Positions 16,819 through 23,836 of a stretch of DNA of 24,450 nucleotides are shown one piece after another. The position numbers were made by a program, and so were the translations under genes. The notes beneath the pieces were generated by a model. That model worked only from the letters and a program-made list of their open reading frames with translations. It was not told the origin of the DNA and did not search any database. The stretch's first letter is position 1, and each line of letters opens with the position of its first letter. The DNA comes from a virus (taxonomy: Duplodnaviria; Caudoviricetes): positions 1 through 24,450 of IMG/VR virus record IMGVR_UViG_3300044724_001442. One strand, 5' to 3'.

Positions 16819-16995
16819 CTTCGCATAGGCTTTTTGACAATTAAATTTTAATCATTTTGAGGGGGCTCAATTTCTAACCCTGGAGAATCTTGACTCAGAA
16901 AAACTGACTCTTTGTTTAAACACTCAGAGCTCTTAGACATCAGACATACCGTTCTAGGGCTGACCAAAGTCAAGAGGAAGTTAGAAAGAAAAAAA

Positions 16996-17087
16996 CTCTC
17001 AACCTTTCAAGAGGTTTAAACCTCTTAGAGGTTTTAATTTATTTGAAATCTCTGAGAGCTTTACGCTCAAGTTAATCAAAGAAAGGC
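16996..17087 (+). repeat. Gene-junction hairpin module 1
   Basis: AAGAGGTTTAAACCTCTT palindrome inside a CTCTCA/TGAGAG stem, overlapping GAGC-TTTAC-GCTC hairpin, AGAAAGG RBS. Confidence 0.75.
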
Positions 17088-17092
17088 AAACA

Positions 17093-17464
17093 ATGAAACC
17101 ATTTAGAGTAAAACACACAATGACACAAGAATATTTAATATTCGCTGATTCAAGAGAAGAAGCTATTGACAAATTAATTGACGATAGTTATAGACCTGAT
17201 TTTGATTCAGTAGAAGTCAACGGCGAATATTTCGCTCAGGGTGATTTAATAGACGGTAAAACTACGGCTCAAAGTTTAGGCGATAATAATCTCTTAATCT
17301 TTCAAGCTGAGGACTATCAAGAAGCCATTAGAGTATGGCTATCAGGAAAAAATAACAAAGTATTTATTAGAGATGCTTTTAGAGATGGACACCTCACGCC
17401 AGCTGGTCATTATTACAACACACTTAATAATGAGCAAAAGGCTGAAGTAGAATCTATTTTGTAA
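17093..17464 (+). CDS. Early hypothetical protein (ADSxEEA motif)
   Basis: 123 aa; strong RBS; FRVK....QEYLIFADSREEAIDKL. Confidence 0.8.
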   Translation: MKPFRVKHTMTQEYLIFADSREEAIDKLIDDSYRPDFDSVEVNGEYFAQGDLIDGKTTAQSLGDNNLLIFQAEDYQEAIRVWLSGKNNKVFIRDAFRDGHLTPAGHYYNTLNNEQKAEVESIL

Positions 17465-17466
17465 AA

Positions 17467-17523
17467 CTCATAGAGGATATTCGAAAGGGTATCCTCAATG
17501 AGCTTTATGCTCATAAGAAAGGA
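17467..17523 (+). repeat. Gene-junction hairpin module 2
   Basis: CTCAT-A-GAGGATATTC-GAAA-GGGTATCCTC-A-ATGAG, overlapping ATGAGC-TTTAT-GCTCAT, then AGAAAGGA. Confidence 0.8.
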
Positions 17524-17527
17524 AACT

Positions 17528-17644
17528 ATGAAGAAAGAAATGATTGTTATTAAGTTAGGAAAGAATCGGAAAGTTACTCACACCGTTGAAAGTATAACAG
17601 CCGACAACGTGAGAGAGTTAAGGAAAATTCGATATGGATTTTAA
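17528..17644 (+). CDS. Early microprotein (38 aa)
   Basis: MKKEMIVIKLGKNRKVTHTVESITADNVRELRKIRYGF after an AGAAAGGA RBS. Confidence 0.65.
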   Translation: MKKEMIVIKLGKNRKVTHTVESITADNVRELRKIRYGF

Positions 17645-17841
17645 CGGCGATAACATTATTAATAGTTTAGATTTATTTGTTTTGATTCCAGCTTATATCT
17701 TGTTTTTAAAAATTTTTTATAAGTCTGTATTTAAAAAAGTACTCTAAACGCACAATAGAGACGATTTAAGAGGGTGACCCTTGTCTATAGTACTAGACAC
17801 CCTATTTATTAAAACACCCTCTTAAATCTCAAATTTGTATT

Positions 17842-17908
17842 TTGCTTTTTCTCTCTGTTTAAACGGAAAGAAAGAGCAACATATAAAATATGTTTGCATA
17901 CGGAAAGG
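17842..17908 (+). repeat. Gene-junction hairpin module 3
   Basis: 19-nt arms 17842-17860/17861-17879 centred on GTTTAAAC with one C-A mismatch. Overlapping GCAACATAT-AAA-ATATGTTTGC hairpin, then GGAAAGG. Confidence 0.75.
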
Positions 17909-17914
17909 CAAAAA

Positions 17915-18676
17915 ATGAGTAATGTTAAAAAGTTCAAAGGCACAAGGGAAGAATGGCTTGAGGCTGGTATTAAAGAAATCTTTGACCAGCTCAGAGCACA
18001 AGGCTTTAACGACTTTCAAAAGAAAGAGTCAGAAATAAAAGCCTCATTCGGTCATATGCCTAAGGGCTTAAAGAATACAACAATCGGAGTATGTCAGTTT
18101 CTTTCAGATGATATTGACGAGAAAGAATATTTATCTGGTCAAATCAAAAAAGGTACTAGACATATTTTTATTCGACCAACTTTAAAAGCTGACACTCTTG
18201 AAAGTGCGTTAGACGTTTTTCAAGTGTTAGCTCACGAGGTTTGTCACGCTGTATTACCTCACGGCACGGGTCATAAAGCTGACTTCTCAAAGTTAATCAT
18301 AACTTTGTTAGGTGCTGAGGGTAAACCAACGGCAACGGTAAGAGGTGCACACTTTGACAAATGGGCTAAGCCTGTAGTCAGAAAATTAGGATTACCCCCA
18401 CACGTTGCAATTAGAGAACATTCAAAAGCACCAAAGACTTCAGTCAAAATTGCTTGTCTCAATAATTTAGAGAACGAGGAATTTTGTTCAGCTGGAAATC
18501 AAAGAAGTTTCGAGCAAGGTTTCGGCTTGATGTTCAGAATTAGTACAGCTTCAATCAAAGCTCAGAAAGAATCTAAAGGCTTTGACCCTGAGATTGTAAA
18601 CGGTGAGACTGGAATTTTCACCTGCCCAGCGTGTGATTATGACACCGTCATAATTGCTGAGGGTAATTTGAGATAA
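17915..18676 (+). CDS. SprT-like HEXXH zinc metallopeptidase with C-terminal Cys motif
   Basis: TREEWL N-terminus, LAHEVCHA......GHKADF zincin signature, C-terminal CPAC. ATG 17915 follows the RBS. Confidence 0.8.
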   Translation: MSNVKKFKGTREEWLEAGIKEIFDQLRAQGFNDFQKKESEIKASFGHMPKGLKNTTIGVCQFLSDDIDEKEYLSGQIKKGTRHIFIRPTLKADTLESALDVFQVLAHEVCHAVLPHGTGHKADFSKLIITLLGAEGKPTATVRGAHFDKWAKPVVRKLGLPPHVAIREHSKAPKTSVKIACLNNLENEEFCSAGNQRSFEQGFGLMFRISTASIKAQKESKGFDPEIVNGETGIFTCPACDYDTVIIAEGNLR

Positions 18677-18677
18677 C

Positions 18678-18738
18678 ATCTCGAGGGCTATCTGTTTAAA
18701 CGGGTAGCCCTTAGGATATTATTTTATTATCAGATATC
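18678..18738 (+). repeat. Gene-junction hairpin module 4 (no RBS directly after)
   Basis: ATCT-C-GAGGGCTATCTGTTT/AAACGGGTAGCCCTT-A-GGAT, overlapping GATAT...ATATC. Confidence 0.7.
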
Positions 18739-18827
18739 ATTAATCTTTTTTTATTTTTTTTTAAAGTAAGTTTAGGTTTTTCGTAGACGATAGTAGAGGC
18801 AATCTTAATTGCGTATGTATGCACAGC

Positions 18828-18894
18828 ATAGAGGGTGTAACTAGCCTTTCAGTTATGCCCTCAATGGTGTGAAATATAACCAATAGAGAAAGGA
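18828..18894 (+). repeat. Gene-junction hairpin module 5
   Basis: CAT-A-GAGGGTGTAACT...AGTTATGCCCTC-A-ATG (same CATAGAGG/CCTCAATG base as module 2), weak TGGT..ACCA hairpin, AGAAAGGA. Confidence 0.75.
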
Positions 18895-18900
18895 AATGAA

Positions 18901-19191
18901 ATGAGTAATTTATATTATGTCAAATATAACGCAGAATACGAGGGCTATATCCCAGCAGACAGCGAGGAAGAAGCACTCAATAAAATAAATGAAATCACTG
19001 ATTACGGTACTAAAAATATGAACTCAGTCAGATACAACGGTGGTGGCTGGTATGTTGAAGATAACTACGGTGAACTCATTGAGTTAGACCAGTCTAACCC
19101 TGATGAGAGAGATGATTTCAATACTCATAGAACATCAGAACACAGAGGACATTTTGGCGAAGCTGACTATGGAGTCTGGTTTGATGCTTAA
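18901..19191 (+). CDS. Early acidic hypothetical protein (ADSxEEA motif)
   Basis: 96 aa; YYVKY....EGYIPADSEEEALNKI; strong RBS. Confidence 0.8.
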   Translation: MSNLYYVKYNAEYEGYIPADSEEEALNKINEITDYGTKNMNSVRYNGGGWYVEDNYGELIELDQSNPDERDDFNTHRTSEHRGHFGEADYGVWFDA

Positions 19192-19196
19192 ACACT

Positions 19197-19340
19197 GTTA
19201 CCTATTTGTTTAAACAAATAGGTAGCTTGAAGGATATAGTAATGGTTGGTGGCTCATTACCATCTAGACACGAAACAACTACACGCAGACCACGTTAACT
19301 GTATCTTTCAAGCTATCTATGTATAGCAATACAGAAAGGA
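19197..19340 (+). repeat. Gene-junction hairpin module 6 with a long inserted stem-loop
   Basis: GTTACCTATTTGTTT/AAACAAATAGGTAGC; 23-bp stem 19218-19240/19298-19320; GCTAT..ATAGC; AGAAAGGA. Confidence 0.8.
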
Positions 19341-19345
19341 AAGAA

Positions 19346-19615
19346 ATGATAGACAACGAAACTAAAGTAAAGGATATGTTGAGAGACTTGGTTGAGCACG
19401 CAGATAATGTGCGTGACAATCTTGATAGCATTGACAGTGAGGTGGACACAGCTTATAACAGTTGTGATTCAGCTAAATATTACATTGGAAATGTATACGA
19501 CCAGCTCGATTCAATAACTGATTTACTTGATGAGTTAGAAAAGTTAGACTCAGAATTTCAGACTGACAAGCTAGTTAAAACACTAGAAAAAGTTTTGGAA
19601 ACGTTGAAGCAGTAG
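19346..19615 (+). CDS. Early acidic coiled-coil protein
   Basis: 89 aa from ATG 19346 after the RBS; heptad pattern; Asp/Glu-rich. Confidence 0.8.
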   Translation: MIDNETKVKDMLRDLVEHADNVRDNLDSIDSEVDTAYNSCDSAKYYIGNVYDQLDSITDLLDELEKLDSEFQTDKLVKTLEKVLETLKQ

Positions 19616-19616
19616 C

Positions 19617-19682
19617 TATCTGACACCTCTTTGTTTAAACAGAGAGGTGACAGATACTTACATTCAGTAAGTACAGAAAGGA
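19617..19682 (+). repeat. Gene-junction hairpin module 7
   Basis: TATCTG-A-CACCTCTTTGTTT/AAACAGAGAGGTG-A-CAGATA, overlapping TACTTAC-ATTCA-GTAAGTA, AGAAAGGA. Confidence 0.8.
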
Positions 19683-19688
19683 AATGAT

Positions 19689-19934
19689 ATGGTACAAAAA
19701 GAACAGGACAAATATCCTGAAGTATATGAGTACACAGAAATGAGCCACAAGCAAGACGATTGCGTTTTAGCTGTGGATTTTCATTTCGATTTACACTGGA
19801 CGAAAGCAGAGGCAATCGAAGAAATTGAAAAGCTAGTAGCACTAGCAGACAATACTGACATTGAGTTTAATGCTTGGGAACCAAAGATATATTCAGTATC
19901 AGTACTCGCAGAATATTCAGAGGAGGATATCTAA
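19689..19934 (+). CDS. Early acidic hypothetical protein
   Basis: 81 aa; strong RBS; TAATG-coupled to the next gene. Confidence 0.75.
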   Translation: MVQKEQDKYPEVYEYTEMSHKQDDCVLAVDFHFDLHWTKAEAIEEIEKLVALADNTDIEFNAWEPKIYSVSVLAEYSEEDI

Positions 19935-20188
19935 TGCAACCTATGGTGAAAGTTATAGATAAAATTTATGACTTTAATAATGGAAATAAGTATGTTGTTG
20001 AAACTAAAGAATGTTTTCATTGTAAACAAACAGGAACTGTAGAAATATTTACACAAGAAATGTTTTATCTTAATCAAGGTATGCACATACAAGATGCAGT
20101 TAAGTCTTTAGATAAAGATTTAAGAGAGCAGATGATTACAGGTACACATCCTAAGTGTTGGATAGAAATGTTTGGAGAGGAAGAATGA
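19934..20188 (+). CDS. Phage Zn-binding protein (CxxC...HxxC)
   Basis: ATG 19934 with AGGAGG RBS. CFHC...IQDA...L....RE.MITGTHPKCW.EMF resembles a common actinophage family. Confidence 0.75.
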   Translation: MQPMVKVIDKIYDFNNGNKYVVETKECFHCKQTGTVEIFTQEMFYLNQGMHIQDAVKSLDKDLREQMITGTHPKCWIEMFGEEE

Positions 20189-20331
20189 CATTCTTAGATA
20201 TGTTAGGAATCTACTTGGCTGGATACTTTGTAATTAAGTATTTAGCTGAGAGAAGTTACAGCAAAGATAAGCAACGACAGTATGAGGACGAGACTCGTAT
20301 TGCTCGTATGCTCGGAATATTGGAGGAATAA
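20185..20331 (+). CDS. Small membrane-anchored protein (48 aa)
   Basis: MTFLDMLGIYLAGYFVIKYLAERSYSKDKQRQYEDETRIARMLGILEE; ATGA and TAATG coupling on both sides. Confidence 0.65.
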   Translation: MTFLDMLGIYLAGYFVIKYLAERSYSKDKQRQYEDETRIARMLGILEE

Positions 20332-20504
20332 TGGCTATCAAAGTAGAGAAAATAACTTTACTAGTATCAAGTGATACAGAGAGCATAACATTCGACAGAA
20401 TAATATCTATGGTACAAGAGGGGGAATTGATGGGGGAATATAAACTTATTGATTTCGAAAACCCTATTGAATACACATTGATTCAGAGTAAACACGAAAG
20501 CTAG
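20331..20504 (+). CDS. Hypothetical protein (57 aa)
   Basis: MAIKVEKITLLVSSDTESITFDRIISMVQEGELMGEYKLIDFENPIEYTLIQSKHES; GGAGG RBS. Confidence 0.7.
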   Translation: MAIKVEKITLLVSSDTESITFDRIISMVQEGELMGEYKLIDFENPIEYTLIQSKHES

Positions 20505-20511
20505 TTAGTTA

Positions 20512-20535
20512 AGACCTATCGGCAACGGTAGGTCT
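20512..20535 (+). terminator. Hairpin with GCAA tetraloop (terminator or processing site)
   Basis: AGACCTATCG-GCAA-CGGTAGGTCT just after a stop codon; no U-tract. Confidence 0.45.
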
Positions 20536-20625
20536 AATAGTAATTACCTCAGTGTTTAAACACACAGTCAAAATATATCTATAAATCTATACAAATAAAT
20601 CAAACCAATGATACAATAATTATGA

Positions 20626-20844
20626 ATGACTAAGGAGATTATGTCAATCAGAATAGAATTGCATAACATCTACGGTGGTACTGAAGTGACACACTATGAT
20701 GACACTGACAGTAGCACGATAGCAGAGGCAATAAAGAAAATTGTCTCAGCTAAACGCCAGGATAATTATGTCATATCTGTTATCGATAATGAGACAGGTA
20801 ACTTTATTGAACCTGAATCGTTGTTCAAATTAAAAACTTTGTAG
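20626..20844 (+). CDS. Hypothetical protein
   Basis: 72 aa ORF. An alternative start at ATG 20641 has an AAGGAG RBS. TGaTACAAT extended -10 just upstream. Confidence 0.7.
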   Translation: MTKEIMSIRIELHNIYGGTEVTHYDDTDSSTIAEAIKKIVSAKRQDNYVISVIDNETGNFIEPESLFKLKTL

Positions 20845-20861
20845 CACGATAGCAGAGGCAA
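20711..20861 (+). repeat. 21-bp exact direct repeat GTAGCACGATAGCAGAGGCAA
   Basis: Copies at 20711-20731 and 20841-20861; degenerate copies at 18783-18803 and 19800-19816. Confidence 0.85.
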
Positions 20862-20920
20862 GACAGGGCAAGCGTATCACGCTTATATTGTCATCTAAAA
20901 AATAACAGAAGGAGGAACAG

Positions 20921-21160
20921 ATGAGTGAATCGGATGAACTCATACGCAACTGGGAGCGTAACAACGATACCCTAGAAAAACTAAAGTCTGTTGCTGTAGG
21001 TATTAAATCTGCAGAACAAGTACTAAATAATCTAAAGCAACAACGCTTAAATCTTATCAAGGCTGGTAGAAATACTGGATTACCAATGGTAAGTATGGCT
21101 GTAGTTTTAGAGATATCAAGAGCAAGACTATACCAATTGTTGGATAGTGAGGAAGAATAA
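20921..21160 (+). CDS. Helix-turn-helix DNA-binding protein
   Basis: N-terminal coiled coil then GLPMVSMAVVLEISRARLYQLL HTH; AAGGAGG RBS. Confidence 0.75.
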   Translation: MSESDELIRNWERNNDTLEKLKSVAVGIKSAEQVLNNLKQQRLNLIKAGRNTGLPMVSMAVVLEISRARLYQLLDSEEE

Positions 21161-21187
21161 TAAAGCCTCTATTGCTAGAGGCTTTAT
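21160..21187 (+). terminator. Hairpin (terminator or processing site)
   Basis: ATAAAGCCTCTA-TTGC-TAGAGGCTTTAT directly after the stop, followed by AGAAAGGA. Confidence 0.5.
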
Positions 21188-21257
21188 CTCAGAAAGGAAA
21201 CAAAATGAATAAAAAAACATTTTGTATTACTTTCAGTGTAACAGAATAGGAGATAAA

Positions 21258-22190
21258 TTGGAATCAAAAAAACACAAACAACTAATAAAAAACTTTCCTA
21301 ATGATGTAGTTAAACCTGCACCTAAAGGTAAGTTTGGTAACTATGTACCTCATCATATCTACACACAACGCCTTGTTGATGTGATACCTGGAGAGTATAA
21401 CTTTACTTTCGAGGAACTTAGAGATAAGAACGGTGCAATGGTAGGTGCTAAATGTACTTTAGAAATAAAAGAGTTAGGCACAGTACAAGAGGTAGGTGAT
21501 GTTGATATGAATGCACTTAACCGTAACATAACTGAAAGCGAAGTACTAAAGCTAGCAGTATCTGATGGTATCAAAAGATGTTGTATGAGATTTGGTATAG
21601 GTCTTGAGTTGTGGACTGGTGGTGTAACTGAAGAAGAACATTACGCAGGTGACGGTGAGACAAAACCTCAAATGTCTAAGACAAAAGAAGTTAATGAGAT
21701 AACTGACAAGTCTGCTAAAGAGTTTGAAAAAAGTCTTTACCCTGTAAATAATTCACAGGAAATCAACAGCATCATAGCTGATATGGAGCCTGATGCAGAC
21801 AAGAGAAAGACATACAAGAAAGAAGCATATGACAAAGTCATTGCTGATGATTACCCAACAGAAGTAAATGATTGGGATGACCAGCAAGTCAAAACTTATT
21901 TAGAAATCTTTGCTGATATAAAGAAAAAAGATAAGGACTTAACCGATACTTTAGGTGAAGTTATAGACAAGTCAGATGAACTTAAGGTATGCCCTAAGTG
22001 CAACAAGACAGATGACATTGTTGATATGAGAGAAAAGAAATCAGATGCACCTGAAGGTAGTGGTATAAAAAACCTACCTGATTTTATGTGCCAACAAAAC
22101 AACAAGTATAACCCTGACAGCAATGGCTGTGGTTGGGGTGGATACATAGGTGGCAAAGATGATAAAGGAGTTCCAGAGCAATGGCTTTAG
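21258..22190 (+). CDS. Rad52/Sak-like ssDNA-annealing protein with C-terminal Zn-binding domain
   Basis: YVPHHIYTQRL and KLAVSDGIKRCCMRFGIGLELW are Rad52/22-family motifs; C-terminal CPKC...PDFMC...C. TTG start after AGGAG. Confidence 0.8.
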   Translation: MESKKHKQLIKNFPNDVVKPAPKGKFGNYVPHHIYTQRLVDVIPGEYNFTFEELRDKNGAMVGAKCTLEIKELGTVQEVGDVDMNALNRNITESEVLKLAVSDGIKRCCMRFGIGLELWTGGVTEEEHYAGDGETKPQMSKTKEVNEITDKSAKEFEKSLYPVNNSQEINSIIADMEPDADKRKTYKKEAYDKVIADDYPTEVNDWDDQQVKTYLEIFADIKKKDKDLTDTLGEVIDKSDELKVCPKCNKTDDIVDMREKKSDAPEGSGIKNLPDFMCQQNNKYNPDSNGCGWGGYIGGKDDKGVPEQWL

Positions 22191-22486
22191 AACCAATAGG
22201 TGATTCGTTTAATGTAGCCAAGTTAAAAGCTCGGCTACAAAAACGATATCCTGATTACAACTTTGATGTACCAGCACCACCTGATACAACTTGCAAAGCA
22301 CCTGCATTGTGTGCCAATAACACCATATACTACACAGATATGGAAGGCAATAAATATTGTGGGTTAAGTTTTGTACAAGTTGCAAATGAAGGGTTTGGTA
22401 AAGCATCGAGAAAAACTTGTCACGCAATGATACAGAAGGTTGACTTGCAGGACTTAGCAAAAGATAAACAGGAGGAAATATTTTGA
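22181..22486 (+). CDS. Hypothetical protein with four Cys
   Basis: 101 aa, overlapping neighbours in operon fashion. Confidence 0.65.
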   Translation: MALEPIGDSFNVAKLKARLQKRYPDYNFDVPAPPDTTCKAPALCANNTIYYTDMEGNKYCGLSFVQVANEGFGKASRKTCHAMIQKVDLQDLAKDKQEEIF

Positions 22487-22884
22487 AAAGTGAACAAGAA
22501 ATTGTAGAACAACTTAATAAGTTGTATCCAAAAATGCAACCATTGATATTAGCAACTGACTCTTTCTGTTCTTATGATGCTTCTAACAATAAATATATTG
22601 TAGAAATAAAATCAAGAGATAAAGAATATAGTAGCTGGATTATAGAGAAATCTAAGTTTGAAAAGAACATTGTTAAATCAGTAGAGAAAACAAAGAAATT
22701 TATTTATCTTACAGAATACAATGGAAAGATTATGACTTGGAACATACATAATCTAGTGCTTAAAAACTATGACTTTCAATGGAGAAAGATGCCTATGCCT
22801 GAAACAACAGAGTTTGATGGTAATAATGTTATACCAAAAGTAGTAGGATTTTTATATGAAGGAAATGCAAAGGTACACAAATGA
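22483..22884 (+). CDS. PD-(D/E)XK-family nuclease-like protein
   Basis: SE...YDA......VEIKSR catalytic pattern; AGGAGG RBS; TTGA coupling. Confidence 0.7.
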   Translation: MKSEQEIVEQLNKLYPKMQPLILATDSFCSYDASNNKYIVEIKSRDKEYSSWIIEKSKFEKNIVKSVEKTKKFIYLTEYNGKIMTWNIHNLVLKNYDFQWRKMPMPETTEFDGNNVIPKVVGFLYEGNAKVHK

Positions 22885-23522
22885 AAGTATTGGTTGCTTG
22901 TGAATATTCTGGTGTAGTAAGAGATGCTTTTATTAATAAAGGACACGAAGCAGTAAGTTGCGATTTACTTCCTTGTGAAAGTGATTTGGGTGAACATTAT
23001 CAAGGAGATGTTACAGACATTTTATATGATGGTTGGGATATGATGATTGCACATCCACCTTGTACTTATCTATCAGTAAGTGGAGCAAGATGGTATTACC
23101 ATCCAGAAGATAAAGAACTACCATACGAAGAACGCAGACCACATCCTTTACATCCTAATAGAAGGCAGCTACAACAAGAAGCATTGGACTTTGTACAGTT
23201 ATTATTAGATGCACCTATTGAAAAACTAGCTGTTGAAAATCCTGTAAGTGTTATAAGTACTAGAATTAAAAAACCTACACAAATAATTCAACCTTACGAA
23301 TATGGACATCCTACTTCTAAATCTACTTGTTTATGGTTAAAAAATTTAGAGCCATTACAACCTACTGATATAGTTGAACCTATATGGATAAATGTTTCTG
23401 ATGGTAAAAGAATGTCTAAGTTTCACTATGATACATATACATTACCTAAAGAAGAAAGAGGTAAAATTAGAAGTGCTACATTTCCTGGGATAGCTAAAGC
23501 TATGGCAAATCAATGGGGGTAA
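22881..23522 (+). CDS. Phage DNA cytosine-C5 methyltransferase-like protein
   Basis: VLVACEYSG (divergent motif I), SCDLLP, GDV, WDMMIAHPPC (motif IV), ENP (motif VI), K.TCLWL, RS.TFPGIAKAMA.QWG. Confidence 0.8.
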   Translation: MKVLVACEYSGVVRDAFINKGHEAVSCDLLPCESDLGEHYQGDVTDILYDGWDMMIAHPPCTYLSVSGARWYYHPEDKELPYEERRPHPLHPNRRQLQQEALDFVQLLLDAPIEKLAVENPVSVISTRIKKPTQIIQPYEYGHPTSKSTCLWLKNLEPLQPTDIVEPIWINVSDGKRMSKFHYDTYTLPKEERGKIRSATFPGIAKAMANQWG

Positions 23523-23523
23523 T

Positions 23524-23643
23524 ATGAATACAATGGACAATTTGAAGCAAGTAATTAATCATCTAAACTATGAAACAGAACTTGATAAAGCAAGAGTTTT
23601 GATAGAACTTAGAAGAATGGAAATAAAAAAGGAGAAAGAATGA
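23524..23643 (+). CDS. Microprotein (39 aa)
   Basis: MNTMDNLKQVINHLNYETELDKARVLIELRRMEIKKEKE fills the gap exactly and is ATGA-coupled to the next gene. Confidence 0.55.
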   Translation: MNTMDNLKQVINHLNYETELDKARVLIELRRMEIKKEKE

Positions 23644-23825
23644 TTGATGTAATGTTAAGCAAAGCAACAGAAGGTATGTTGATTGCAGAATTATTAAACA
23701 GAAGAAATGAAAAAGAAGTGCCTTTGTTTATGGGTAAAAGTATATTGCTACCTACTGGTCAGCAACAACTACTTGCAATTCTTCCTAACATTCAGATACT
23801 TACGAACACACAAGAAGAAGAATAA
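23640..23825 (+). CDS. Hypothetical protein
   Basis: 61 aa; AAGGAG RBS. Confidence 0.65.
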   Translation: MIDVMLSKATEGMLIAELLNRRNEKEVPLFMGKSILLPTGQQQLLAILPNIQILTNTQEEE

Positions 23826-23836
23826 ACTTCGTTGTT

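Noticed and set aside
16888-16975. tRNA gene
   Set aside because: Cloverleaf-like, but lacks the D-loop GG, a canonical TTCRA T-arm and a 7-nt anticodon loop; kept only as a structured-leader candidate.
16532-20561. CRISPR array or integron attC interpretation of the repeats
   Set aside because: No identical 25-40 bp repeats with regular spacers, no consistent RYYYAAC/GTTRRRY ends on the modules, and no integrase or cas gene in the window.
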